Source of the DNA: the human T2T-CHM13v2.0 reference genome, Homo sapiens | Assembly (NCBI RefSeq): GCF_009914755.1 | Contig: NC_060938.1 | DNA: 64,000 bases | Reading direction: 5' to 3' (one strand) | In this document: one piece after another, positions 44,615-60,915 of the stretch | How positions within the stretch are numbered: position 1 is the first letter of the stretch | Layout of the letters: each line of letters opens with the position of its first letter | Notes under the pieces: generated by a model | What the model was told of the DNA's origin: nothing | Seen by the model: only the letters and a program-made list of their open reading frames with translations | The model's database searches: none | Position numbers and translations under genes: made by a program

Positions 44615-44901
<287 letters not shown>

Positions 44902-45258
44902 TTTATGTCATTCCATTTTATTTCATTTTTATGACCTTATAGTTGGAATAAAAATAAACTGAGAAAAAATAATTTATAATTTGATAGAACTGGAATGAAG
45001 CTTTGGAATTAGCACTTTAATCCTTACGAAAGCATTGAGGTGTCTGAAGTACAACACGTATTCAATGCTATCTAATGAAGATATATAACCTGTGGCAAGC
45101 AGCAGGAATTCTATTATTACCACTCGTATAAAAAGGAAAGACATTTCACTAGCTGATAACTCCCTAGCGAGTCTTTCAAAGATGACCAAGACCATTTCCT
45201 GACATGACTTATCCTGGGGAATTGCAACATCTTCGTAGCTTACATTGTGAGACATATC

Positions 45259-45296
45259 ATGCTCGTTTTGGCAGCACATATATGAAAAAAAAAAAA
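45259..45296 (+). pseudogene. RNU6: 3'-truncated U6 snRNA retrocopy (about nt 1-30) with A tail and 12-bp TSD
   Basis: atgctcgttttggcagcacatatatgaaaa versus U6 gtgctcgcttcggcagcacatatactaaaa. A12 tail. TSD gtgagacatatc at 45247-45258 and 45297-45308. Confidence 0.9.
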
Positions 45297-45583
45297 GTGA
45301 GACATATCAAACAGCCTGCCAAGATTCATTAAATGAGTGGTCCACTATCCATTTTTTCTAACATATATGGAAAGGAATGACATAGTCCAGTTTTTTCCCC
45401 TAAATATGTCAGAGGTTGAAAGTTCTACAAATACCACAGGAATAATGACAACAACTTCACCAAAGGCATATTTATTGAGGACACTGGTCATTAAGATACT
45501 CTGAGCTATATATGAATTACCATACAACATATTCTTCCCGAACTTATGTCAATGAAAAACTTTTGGTTACACTGAGAATCTTC

Positions 45584-45663
45584 TTGAGATGGAGTTTCGC
45601 TCTGTCACCCAGGCTGGAGTGCAGTGTCACAATCTCCGCTCACTGCAACCTCTGCCTCCCGGG
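45584..45663 (-). mobile_element. Tailless Alu right-arm fragment
   Basis: ttgagatggagtttcgctctgtcacccaggctggagtgcagtg...gcctcccggg, with no poly(T) and no TSD. Confidence 0.9.
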
Positions 45664-46248
45664 CAGAGGAAACCATATCACTTTTTTTCACTTTGATTAC
45701 TAGGAAGTACAGAGTCCAAATTAAAGATCAACCTTAAAAACCACCATGACTCTACATTTTCTGTTTATGGCCTTCCCTTTGTTGGACTGATTTTATAATA
45801 ATTTTTCTTATGATTCTTTTCTATTTCATTATTATTTAATCATATACATTATTTTCACAAGCTGATTTTAATACTTAACTTGGAATATTAAATCGTCTCT
45901 ACTTAATTTGGAGAACAGATTATTTAAAAATGCATAACAGCAGACTAAAATATCTGAAAGATTGTCAAGTAGAAGGAGAAGCTAATGTATACTGTGCTGT
46001 GTAACAGGGGCAAATAGAATTTTAAAGGAGTATGTGCTAGATAGATGTGAGCAAGAATTTTCTAATAATTCTTCAGGTCCCAAATGTAATGGGTTTCCCT
46101 GATAAGCTGTGGAATCTTTAACACTGCACAGATTTAATCAGAGGCTAAATAACTATCCATCTGGCATGTTGACAAAAGTTTCTGGATTGGAAAAAAGGTT
46201 AAACTAGAAGCCCTCAAAAATCTCTTCCATTCTGCGATTCTATAATTA

Positions 46249-46279
46249 AATATGCTATACTTAATATGCTATACTTAAT
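46249..46279. repeat. Perfect 14-bp tandem duplication (aatatgctatactt)x2
   Basis: Directly visible. Confidence 0.9.
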
Positions 46280-46640
46280 GAGCCATTTGTTATCTTCATA
46301 GGGTAACTCGTGGCACAAGTTTCCCTGCTGTCTTTCTGCCAGGTCTAGAAATCAAATTAAATTAAATCTATCATCATATAAAACTACGGATAAAGAAAAG
46401 TTATGTCATAATGACTTGAAGAGTCTTGAAGTTTGAATATTGACTTAAAAACTTCAGTTTTATTGCCAGCAAGAATTCATAGCCTGTCCATATCACAAAA
46501 CCAATACTCTAAATATGAGGGATCAAAACAGGAGAAACATTGTGATGCCATGCAAATTAAAGTATGACAAGAGTTTAATAAAATATATTATAATGTTCTA
46601 AATATTAAAAAGTAGACAATTCATCATATTACAGATATAT

Positions 46641-46846
46641 ATATATATGTTATGCTTTAAGTTCTAGGGTACATGTGCACAACGTGCAGGTTTGTTACAT
46701 GTGTATACATGTGCCATGTTGGTGTGCTGCACCCAGTAACTTGTCATTTACATTAGGTATACCTCCTAATGCTTTCCCTCCCCCCTCCCCCCACCCCCCC
46801 GACAGGCCCACCGCATGTTCTCACTCATAGGTGGGAATTGAACAAT
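46641..46846 (-). mobile_element. Miniature 5'-inverted L1PA4/5-type element, TSD ATATTACAGATATAT
   Basis: Minus-strand 3' UTR at about 46648-46809, joined to plus-strand accgcatgttctcactcataggtgggaattgaacaat (46810-46846). TSD at 46626-46640 and 46845-46859. Confidence 0.92.
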
Positions 46847-47939
46847 ATTACAGATATATTTTTAAACTACGTCCTATAATGAGAAACACTGTAAAGATTC
46901 CTGTCACCAGAAAGGTATACATATTTGTTTGGGGAGGCACTGAAATTCACTGTAAGCCAGTAAACTAAATTGAAATGGAAATTTAATACCTGCACATATC
47001 TATCATTATATTTATATAATATAAGAAAAAGAATCATGAATTTGCTAAATTATTCACTGAAGTGAATCCCCTTAAGTGAATGAACTATCGTATATAAATA
47101 TTTTAAGTGGACAAACAACTTTACAGGTAAATAAAACAAATTTTTGCTTCCTTTCACATTTGGTAGTCTCAGAAAGGTATACTTATTGTGATTTTTGTTA
47201 GAAATAAATTGAAAAAGGTTTGAAAAAGTAATATTACTTAAAGGTACATAACAAAAAGTTAAATAACCAGAGGAAAATACACAATTTCCAAGTATTCAAG
47301 CTATTAAAAATTCCAAGATTACACAATTACAAAATGTTAAGCCCTAATGCCAACTGGATTTTGACTAAACAAAGAAAGAATGAATCAAGGATGACTGGGA
47401 AAAAGTGAAAACAAATCCAAACTAAAGATCAAGTTGAAGAATGCCAATTGAAACATGTGACTGTTGTTATTAAGGACAGGAATGGCAGACACCGTATATT
47501 TTTAAATTTTGCAGTGGATGGTATTTGTTTCTTGGGGAAGTAGTTATGCTCAAACCCAATAGAAGTCTAAAAGAGTCTGGTGGCTATCAGCATCTTTAAC
47601 TGGTATGAATTCCAACGTCCCTGATTTTTTAAAGTCAAGTGTCTCCTGCCTTAAGCCTACCCCAAAAAGACAGGCTCTGCAGCCCTGCCTAGGAAATGGC
47701 CATGATACCTGAACTCATTGCAAACACTGTTCAATAAACGCTTACAAATTACAGCTCTCTTCCCCAAATTTGGCATCTAAATACAAGAACAACAAGATCT
47801 TAGAAAAACATCTTAAGGACTGGGACCTTGTACCTACAATTTAAAAAAATATATTGGAACCAGATAGTAACAGCATTTGTAAGATAGCAACATAATAGAG
47901 GTTTATAAGCAGATAACATAAAACTCAGTTTCCATTAGA

Positions 47940-48760
<821 letters not shown>

Positions 48761-48769
48761 ATGCTGGTA

Positions 48770-49835
48770 GAAGAAACAACCTACGGTATTCAAGAAAATA
48801 TTTGCAAACTATACATCTGATAAGGGGTTAATATAAAAAATATATAAGGATCTCCTGCTACTCAACAGCAAGAAAACAAATAATCTGATTAAAAAATGGA
48901 CAAAGAATCTGATTAAATATTTCACAAAAGAAGACATACAAATGGCCAACAGGTATATGAAAAAAAATTCAACATCACTAATGATGAGAAAAATGCAAAT
49001 TATAACCACCTCAGACCTGTTAGAATGGCTACAGTAAAAAAGATAAAAGATGCCAAGTTCTGGTCAGGATGTGGAGAAAAGGGAAACCATGTACATTGTT
49101 GATGGAAATGTAAATTAATATAGCCACTATGGAAAACAGCATAGAGATCTCCCAAAACACCAAAAATAGAACTACCATATGATCCAGCAATCTCACTGCT
49201 ATGTTATATATGCAAAGGAAATGAAGTCACTATCTCAAAATAATATCTGCACACCCATGCTTATTGTAGTATTATCTATAATACCCAAGATATGGAATCA
49301 GCCTAAGTGTCTATCACAAAAAAAGAATGAATTTTTAAAGTGTGGTATTTATAAAAATGGAATACTATACAGCCTTAAAAAAGAAAATCCTGTCATTTGC
49401 AACAATATGGATGAACCTGGAAGACAATGTGTTAAATGAAATATGCCAAGCACAGAAAGATAAATACTTCATAATGTCACTTATATATGGAAACTAAAAT
49501 TGGCAAACTCATAGAAGCAGAGCAAAATGGTCATTACCAGAGTTTCGGGAGGATGGAGAAGAGAGGGGAAAGAAAACTGAGATGTTGGTCAAAAGACACA
49601 AAATTTCAATTACATATAAGGAAGAAGTTCAAGGAACAAGAGAGCCATTGTACAACATGGTGACTACAGTTAATAACCATGTATTATATTATTGAAAATT
49701 ACTAAGAGATTAGCTTTAAGTGTTCTTACACCAAAAAAAATAAGTATGTGAGGTAATACATATGTCAATTGGTGTTACTTAGTCATTTCACAATGTACAC
49801 ATATATCAAAACATCATGTTATACACCATACATTC
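48770..49835 (+). mobile_element. L1MA6/7-type LINE-1 3' part
   Basis: ORF2 end (aaatatttgcaaactatacatctgataagggg) and 3' UTR gatgttggtcaaa...taagtatgtgaggtaatacatatg. Confidence 0.88.
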
Positions 49836-49894
49836 CTTTTAAAATGTGGCAATATTATTCTCTATATTTTCACGTGAACATGAGCTAGAACTCA

Positions 49895-49952
49895 TGTGTA
49901 TGTGTGTGTGTGTGTGTGTGTGACAGAGAGAGAGAGAGACAGAGAGAAAGAG
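49895..49952. repeat. (TG)n(GA)n compound microsatellite
   Basis: Directly visible. Confidence 0.92.
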
Positions 49953-50195
49953 AAGTGGAGTCACTGAGATACAGATTTGCAAATCTAGCCATTACCAACT
50001 TGTTCTTTAAAACAGTTACTGCAATTTAAACTCTACTGATGCTGTAGGAAAGTGTCCTGTTTCCACATTTTTGTAACACTTAATTTTATCAAATATAAAT
50101 ACAAATGCCTTTCATTGTATTTGTATGAGCATTCCTGATTTTGTCTTCTGTGGTTTGCTTGCTTGTGGTCTTTGCACAATTGTGGGAATTCCTAC

Positions 50196-50561
50196 TGTAA
50201 TAGTCCATGCTCACATGGCAAATAAAGACATACCTGGTACTGGGTAATTCATAAAGGAAAAGAAGTTTACTAGATTCACAGTGCCACATGGCTAGGGAGG
50301 CCTCACAATCATGGTGGAAGGTAAATGAGGAGCAAAGTCATGTCTTACATGGCTGCAGGCAAAGAGAGCATGAGCAGGGGACCCCCACTTTACAAAACCA
50401 TCAGATCTCATGAGACTTATTCACTCTCAAGAGAACAGCATGGGAAAGACCTGCCCCTATGATTCAATTACCTCTTACTGAGTCCCTCCCATGACATGTG
50501 GGAATTACGGGAGCTACAATTCAAGATGAGATTTAGGTAGGGACACAGCCAAACTATATCA
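50196..50561 (-). mobile_element. THE1C-like MaLR solo LTR
   Basis: tgtaatagtcc...gaggagcaaagtcatgtcttacatgg...gagctacaattcaagatgagattt...aaactatatca. TSD cctac/cctat. Confidence 0.9.
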
Positions 50562-51082
50562 CCTATAAATAGTTTTCCTTTGTGATTCAATCTTTAAAAA
50601 TATTTCATCCACATCCGTGGTTTGTCTTTTAACTTTGTTTTTGGGATCTTTGGTTATATAGGGAATTTTAATATTAATGAACTTAATGAAATATTTTCTA
50701 TTATATTTTGTGCTTTTTTGTCTTAAATACTTCCTTATCTTGATAAAAACAGATATATTAAAATTATTCTCTGATAATTTTCACTAAAAATTTTAATATT
50801 CAGCTTTTCAAATTTATGACTTTAAGTATTTAGTATAATATACAGATCTAACTTTATCCTTTTCCTACTCACAGTCCCCATCCCTGCTCCTTTTCTTGAA
50901 TAGGCTATTCATTTCCAAATTATTTAACTGTTTGTTATACCAAGTTCCATATATTATGCTCTCTATTCTGTCACATTATCTCACTTTTCTTCCCTGCACT
51001 GTAAAATTCTTAATGTCTATTAAGACTAGCACAAACATTCTTCTTCTCCATCAAAACCCTCTTAACACATATTTTATAGAAG

Positions 51083-51893
<811 letters not shown>

Positions 51894-51899
51894 ACGTTA

Positions 51900-52710
51900 A
51901 TACTTTTTTATTAAACTTATGATCTCTCTTTCAACAAATTATTCAGATTTTAAAATGTCCTAAGATTTTTCTTTATTTTTTAAGTTTTTCATGATTGATA
52001 TTTTATTGTATTTCATTGTGGTCTGAGATCACATTCTCTATACCACAAATTCTTTACTATTTTTTGATACTCTTTATGACTGGTATTTGGGCAATTTTGT
52101 AATTGCCAAAAATAATTTTACTCTATTTTCTGGATACCAAAGGTCTGATAAAACAAGTTTACTAATTATTTTATCTTCTTTATTCTATTAGTTTAATTTT
52201 TATTTTCAGAGAAAAGAGAAACGTTGTTACATCTTCCAATATGATGTTGAATTTATAGGTTTCTCTAATTATAATTTTATATACATACTACATGCATATC
52301 TCTTTATAGAGATATACAATGTACACACACATATTTTTTCACACAGACACACATATGTGTAGCTATTGTTTTCACATCTTCAAATTTAAGATTTTCATAT
52401 AATTAATCCTTGCATAATGGCTCTTACCTTTAATAATCGCCTTTCTCTTTAATATCTCTGTCTCCTAAAAATAATATGGATGTTACACATTTTTTCTTTA
52501 TTTTGATTAGTATTTGAAATGTGTTTGTTAGTTTTTTATTTCAGGATTTATTTGTTATTTGTTTTAGCTGAGTCTCTTTGTAGTCCACATACAGCTGGGC
52601 TTCTACAATGTATATGGGCATTTCTATCCTTTAACAGTCAAGTTTAATTCATTAGTATTTTGTGATATCTGATATCTTATTTGGTGTCTCCTATTTCTGA
52701 TTTTTAAATT
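51900..52710 (-). mobile_element. Old L1ME fragments
   Basis: ttattgtatttcattgtggtctgaga, and tttaacagtcaagtttaattcattagtatt. Confidence 0.55.
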
Positions 52711-52734
52711 TTTTCTCTTTTTAATTAGTTTTTA

Positions 52735-53995
52735 ATAAAGATGCCATGCAAAGTCAATAAGATGAAAAAATAGGCATTTCAAATGGTACTGGAATGATTG
52801 AATATTCACATGCAAAAGCTGGACCCCATCTCACACTATACACAAAAATTAACCCAATATGGAATGGTGACCTAAAAGAGGACTAAAACTATAAAAATCT
52901 TAAAAGAAAACAAATGTGTAAATCTTTGTACTTTTGAATTAAACAATGGTTTCTTAGATATGACACTGAAAGCACATACAACAAAAAAGATAAACTGGGC
53001 TTCATCAAAATTGAATACATTTGTGCTGCAAAGGTCAGCATCAAGAAAGAGAAAAGACAAACCATAGAATGGGGAATAAATGTTGACAAATCATATGTCT
53101 GATAAAAGATTTGTATTGAGAATACATAAAGAACTCATACAAATCAATAACACAAAGACAAATACCCAATTGTAAATGGGCAAAGGATCTGAATAGACAT
53201 TTCTCCCAATAAAATATGCAAATTACCAAAATGCACATAAAAGAATGCTCAATATTAATAACCACCAGAGAAATGCAAATCAAAACTACGAGATATCACT
53301 TTTCATCCAGTAAGACGGATATAATACAAAATACAGATAATAACAAGTGTTGGTGAGGATGTGGACATGTTGGAACCCTTGTGCGTCGTTGATGGGACTG
53401 TAAAATGGTGCAGCAGCTTGGGAAAAAAATGTGGCAATTTCTCAAATAATTGAACATAGAATTACCATTTGACCCAAGTTTCCACTTCTATCTATATATC
53501 CAAGAGAAATAAAAATGTATATCCATACAAAACTTGTACAAGAATATCCACATTTGCATTACTTATAATAACCAAAAAGTGGAAACAACCAAAATGCTCA
53601 TGAATTAATGGATAAATAAAATATAGTATAACCAGAACATTATGCATTATTCAGCAATAAAAAGAAATGAAGTACTGACATATGCTGCATGACGGATGAA
53701 CCTTGAAGCTAAATGAAAAAAGCCAGTAACAAAAGGACACATATTGAGTGATTCAATTTCTATGAAATGTCTACAATAGACAGATATATAGACACAGAAA
53801 GTACATTAGTGTGGGAAAGGGATGGGAGCAACTGAGAGCTAAAGACATGGGACTTTTCCTCAATGTAATAAAAATTTTCTAAAATTTATCGTAGCTATGG
53901 TTGTTCAACTCCGTGAATTTACTAAAAATCATTCAGTTGTACAGTTTAAATAAGCAAATTATGATATGTAAATTGCATCTTAATAAAACTGTTAC
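52735..53995 (+). mobile_element. L1MB-type LINE-1 3' part
   Basis: Decayed ORF2 C-terminus and 3' UTR ending atgtaaattgcatcttaataaaactgtt. Confidence 0.88.
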
Positions 53996-54329
53996 CAGGG
54001 CAAAAAAATAAAGAAAAGAAAGCAGGGAATGAAAGTAATAGATAAATGGAAAAGAATCCGGTGGAAAAAAGCAATAGTAATCACAGAAATAAGAGCAAAA
54101 ATTAAGAGGCAGTGTCTTATTGAAAAGTTGATTTGAAAAATAGTTCGTGGGGAATTAAACATTAATATATCTCTTTCATAGAGTTTATGAATAAGTGGTA
54201 TTGATTGTTACACTTGGATTTTAAAGGATATTTGGAGTTAAAACAAATGTCTTTAAGTAAAATTTTACCTATTATTTTATTTGACTAGATGCTATTAAAA
54301 AGTCACTGGAAATGAGGATAAGATTAGGA

Positions 54330-55720
54330 TATATTCAACATATATTTATTGAGCACCTATCATCTGCCAGTCAGTGTTCTAGGCACAACAGTGAACAAAA
54401 CTTATGAATTATCTCTCATATGGAGCCTATATCCCAGAGAAGAATGACAAACAAAAAAAAAAGAATGAATGAATGAATGAATGAAAAAAATGTATGGGTA
54501 GTATCTAAGGAAGTAAAAATGTTATCAATGAAAATTCAGCAAATTAAGGTGATGTAAGGAATAGTAAATAAGATATTACTTTACGCAGAGGAGTAAGGTC
54601 TTTTTGATAATGAGATAATAGACAAATACCTTACAGAAATGAAGACCTGAGCTAAATGAATTTTCTTTTCTCTTATGCGAAGAAGAGATGAGAGCCTCAC
54701 AAGCATAAGAAACAAAAATACACTCAAGAAAAGTGGAAGTTGGAAAATTAGTATTGCAGTAATTCACAAGAGAGGATGATAGCTTGGATGGGCGTGCAAA
54801 GATTGGAAATGCAATAACATGGTTAGGGCTTAGATATATTTTAAGGCTGAAACCAACAGTTTATGCTGGCATTTGAGTATTTATGGGTCACTGTAGAATT
54901 TTGGCCTAAACAATTGTTAGAATAGAGCTACTATTTTTAGATATGAATATAAATGAGGGTTTCAAAGTAAAAATCAATAATTGTTTTGGATATGTTAAGT
55001 TTGAGTTGCCTATTCAACTGCAAGTTGAATTTATGTGTTTGAAGTTCAGAGAAGAGTTAATACTAAGGACATGTATTTGAGAGTCATCTACATGTGGATG
55101 AGATGTACATGTACATTACTGGATGAGATCAATTAGAAAACTACTGATACAGAAAAGATGTGTGAGGACTGAGTCCGGTGTCTCTTTAGTGCTTAGACGT
55201 CTGGTCAATAAAGACAAACCAGAACAAGTACTAAAGGAGAGAATCCAATGACACAGGAGGAGAAACAAGAGTTTTTCTGGAGGTCAGGTAAAGAAATGGT
55301 TGCAAGAAACTGATTTATGTCAGTTATGTCAGTTAGTTATGTCGAATGTTACTTATGTCCAGTTACATGAGGTTTAAGATATATCATTAGATTTAGCCAC
55401 ATGGAAACTACTGGTATTCTTGAAACCAGTGGTTTTTGTGCAGGGATAGACATGAAAACCTAGATGGATTAAGGAAAGTGGTAATAGTGAATGTAGGCAT
55501 TTTGAGGAATTTTGCCATAAAAGTGAGCAAAGAAAAGAGGAATTGGCTGAAAGTGTATGTGAAATATATGTTGAGAAATATGATAGTATACTTGTACAGC
55601 AATGGGAATTTCCCAGTAGGAAGAGAATAATTGATGATGGAGGGGAAAGCAGATAACAGTATAGACAAATGAGAATGAAAAGTGAGAATGTGAGTTGTTG
55701 TGTGAACTTGATCATATATT
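54330..55720 (-). mobile_element. L2a LINE
   Basis: attcaacatatatttattgagcacctat...tgttctaggcac, tgttttggatatgttaagtttgag, and cattagatttagccacatgga. Contains (GAAT)n at about 54463-54484. Confidence 0.85.
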
Positions 55721-56759
55721 TAAATGCCAGCTATCCTCTTATTTTTTTAAAAAAAAAATTAGATTAAACTTCCTTGAATCCTCAAAGTAAAAATGATAGC
55801 ATAACAACCTTAGAAAGGTTTAAGCTTTCAAAATGTCTTACCTTCATCCCACTTTGCAAAGATTTTCAGCATAAGCTGTTCTCTTTCAACATACTCTATG
55901 CTCTTGCCCTCTGGCTTATCTAATCTAAACATGTTTCTGTTAAACTCTACCATAACCCCTAACAGAGAATTGAATGACATTTATTCAAGCCTCAGCACCA
56001 GATTAAGATGCCAGAAGTTATGCTAGAAAATGTTACTTTTTTTTTCCTGTGTGCTTTGAAGCCAGATAATTTAGCTTCAGGCAATCAAAGCATATTTCTC
56101 TTCAAGGCTGATTTTTCCAAAACCAGCTGTTTGTATTCTAAAGCTGAATCTGTGTGTGAGTCATTAGCACAGTGTTTACAAGTTTGCTTTTTTTCTGTAT
56201 GGCTTCTGTAAAACTGTATTACGGCTTAAATTTTCTATCTAAACATTTTCCTATATTAATTCCTTCTCTGATGTGGGAATACATGAAGCATGAATTCAAT
56301 CATCTACCCAATCAGATCTTCCTGTTGTTTAACATTAAATATTTCAAAATGTATCACACCCCCCTTTATTACACTTGAAATTAATAATGCAATATCCAGG
56401 AAAACTTACTTTTTCACACAACTAATAATTAGATGGTGAATTTAAACAATGATTGATGAGTTTGGGCACTTCACAGAGTTAGGATTAACTTCAGGGACAA
56501 ATTATTTTCCTGTACAACATCACTCATGCCACTGCTGTAAGCCACCATCATTAATCCTAGCAATCGATTGTTCCTCTTTTTGATCCCTACCATAAAAATG
56601 TTTCATTTAAGACCTCCTAAGTTCTAATTTGAGAATCTAAGAACACACAAAAATATCAATATCAATATCAATAGGATTACTGTCAAAGTTTGGATATTTA
56701 TTCCACATTGAAGTTACTTTTGTGTATGGTATGAGGAAGGGATCAAACAATCGTGTTCC

Positions 56760-58487
<1,728 letters not shown>

Positions 58488-58758
58488 TGTATTAATCTAC
58501 TCTCACACTGCTATAAAAAACTGCCCAAGACTGGGTAATCTATAAAGAAAGAGGCTTAATTGACTCACAGTTCCACAAGGCTACAGAGGCCTCTGAAAAC
58601 TTACAGCCATGGTGGAAGAGGAAGCAAACATGCCCTTCTACACATGGTGGCAGGAAGGAGAAGAATGAGAGCCAAGAGAAGGGGGAAGCCCCTTATAAAA
58701 CCACCAGATCTTTTGAGAACGTATTCACTATCATGAGAATAGCATGGGGGAAACCACC
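58488..58758 (-). mobile_element. THE1D-like LTR, truncated (5' ~100 bp missing)
   Basis: tgtattaatc...ggaagcaaacatgcccttc...gggaagccccttataaaacc...gggggaaaccacc, then an abrupt end. Confidence 0.88.
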
Positions 58759-58874
58759 AACCAATATCATTCTTAGCTCATTAGTTCAACCAAAACATGG
58801 CAAACAAACCTTAAAACAGGAACAAAGTAGGAAACTAGGAGACCAAGAAACACATGAAAAGAATAAGGCATCTT

Positions 58875-59240
<366 letters not shown>

Positions 59241-59534
59241 TTAGAATAGGGACAATTAGCTGGTGGAAAATCAAACACAGATCTGACTATACTCCTGGCA
59301 TAACCTGACCTTTTGTCATACTGAAGATGAAGCCAGTACATGCAATCATTTAATTTCAATTAAGGTTCACATCACAATTGTCATAGTTTCTCTGGATAGG
59401 CTCTGAAGGAGTTACTAAATGAAATTATTGGATTCTGTTTTCAACCAGGGCTGTAGTCCCAAAGTTTAAGTTATGATGAGTATATAAATTCTTTGTAGAC
59501 CATAGGGTTTTAGTGCATGATTCTCTTTACAAAT

Positions 59535-60047
59535 GATCAACTCCCACATATTGCTATGTAACACACTACCTAAAAGTCAATGGTTTATAACAGTAAGTCT
59601 TTTATTATTGCTCAAGAATCTGCAAATCAGCTGAGTGGTCACCTTGGTCTCAATTATATTTGTGCATCAGCAATGGGTCATAGAGGATCTCTACTGATCT
59701 TAATTGGCCTTCTCAAGTCTTTGAGGATAGGCTGATTGTTGGCTGGTCCATGATGGCCTCATCTCTCTCAGATGAATCTCTTTCATGCCTCAAGTAGGTA
59801 CGATCATTCTTATGGTAGAGGGAGAAGTGCAGGTGAACAAGAATTGCTTTCTTGAGACAAAGACTAAGAATTAGTACACATTTAATTCCACTCTATTCTA
59901 TTGGCCAAAATAAGTCAGAAGGCAAGCCCAAGTTCAAAGAGAATGGAAAAAACTCTATCTCTCTAGTGAGAGGAACTGCAAAATCACACAAAGCATGTAG
60001 CTATAAAAAAAGGTGAAAAAACATGGCCATTTTACACTCTATCACCA
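59535..60047 (-). mobile_element. MLT1F/G/H-type MaLR LTR
   Basis: ttgctatgtaacacactacctaaaa...attctattggccaaaataagtca...gaggaactgcaaaatcaca. Confidence 0.75.
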
Positions 60048-60435
60048 CTTTTAAACTTTAATGCACAGAACATTGCATCAAATGTTTTTCCCTTGTAGGT
60101 GTGTTAAATTTCACCTAAGAACAAAAAGGACACTGAAAAATTCCAACTTCATATATTCATGTGGTTTGTTACTTACTTCCAAACAATAATCTCAAGTGGG
60201 CTTATCATGATTAATTACTTAAGACCTCACGAAGCCTTTTGATTTTAGAAACCCAGGGACTGCACCTATCATAGTGGAGTGATTGTTTTTGTCAACCAAC
60301 TGATAAGCGGAGACTCTTTCTTCCTCTTAGGTTGAGATAGCAAAAAAAATCATTATTAATAATTATACATTTTAATTCTCTCACTATAGAATTTAAGTTT
60401 ATTCAGAATATCAATAAGGAAACATATTAATTTTA

Positions 60436-60915
<480 letters not shown>

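Noticed and set aside
44974-45279. 101-aa minus-strand ORF in mostly unique sequence
   Set aside because: It resembles no family I recognise, its start lies inside the U6 retrocopy, and it has no convincing splice context.
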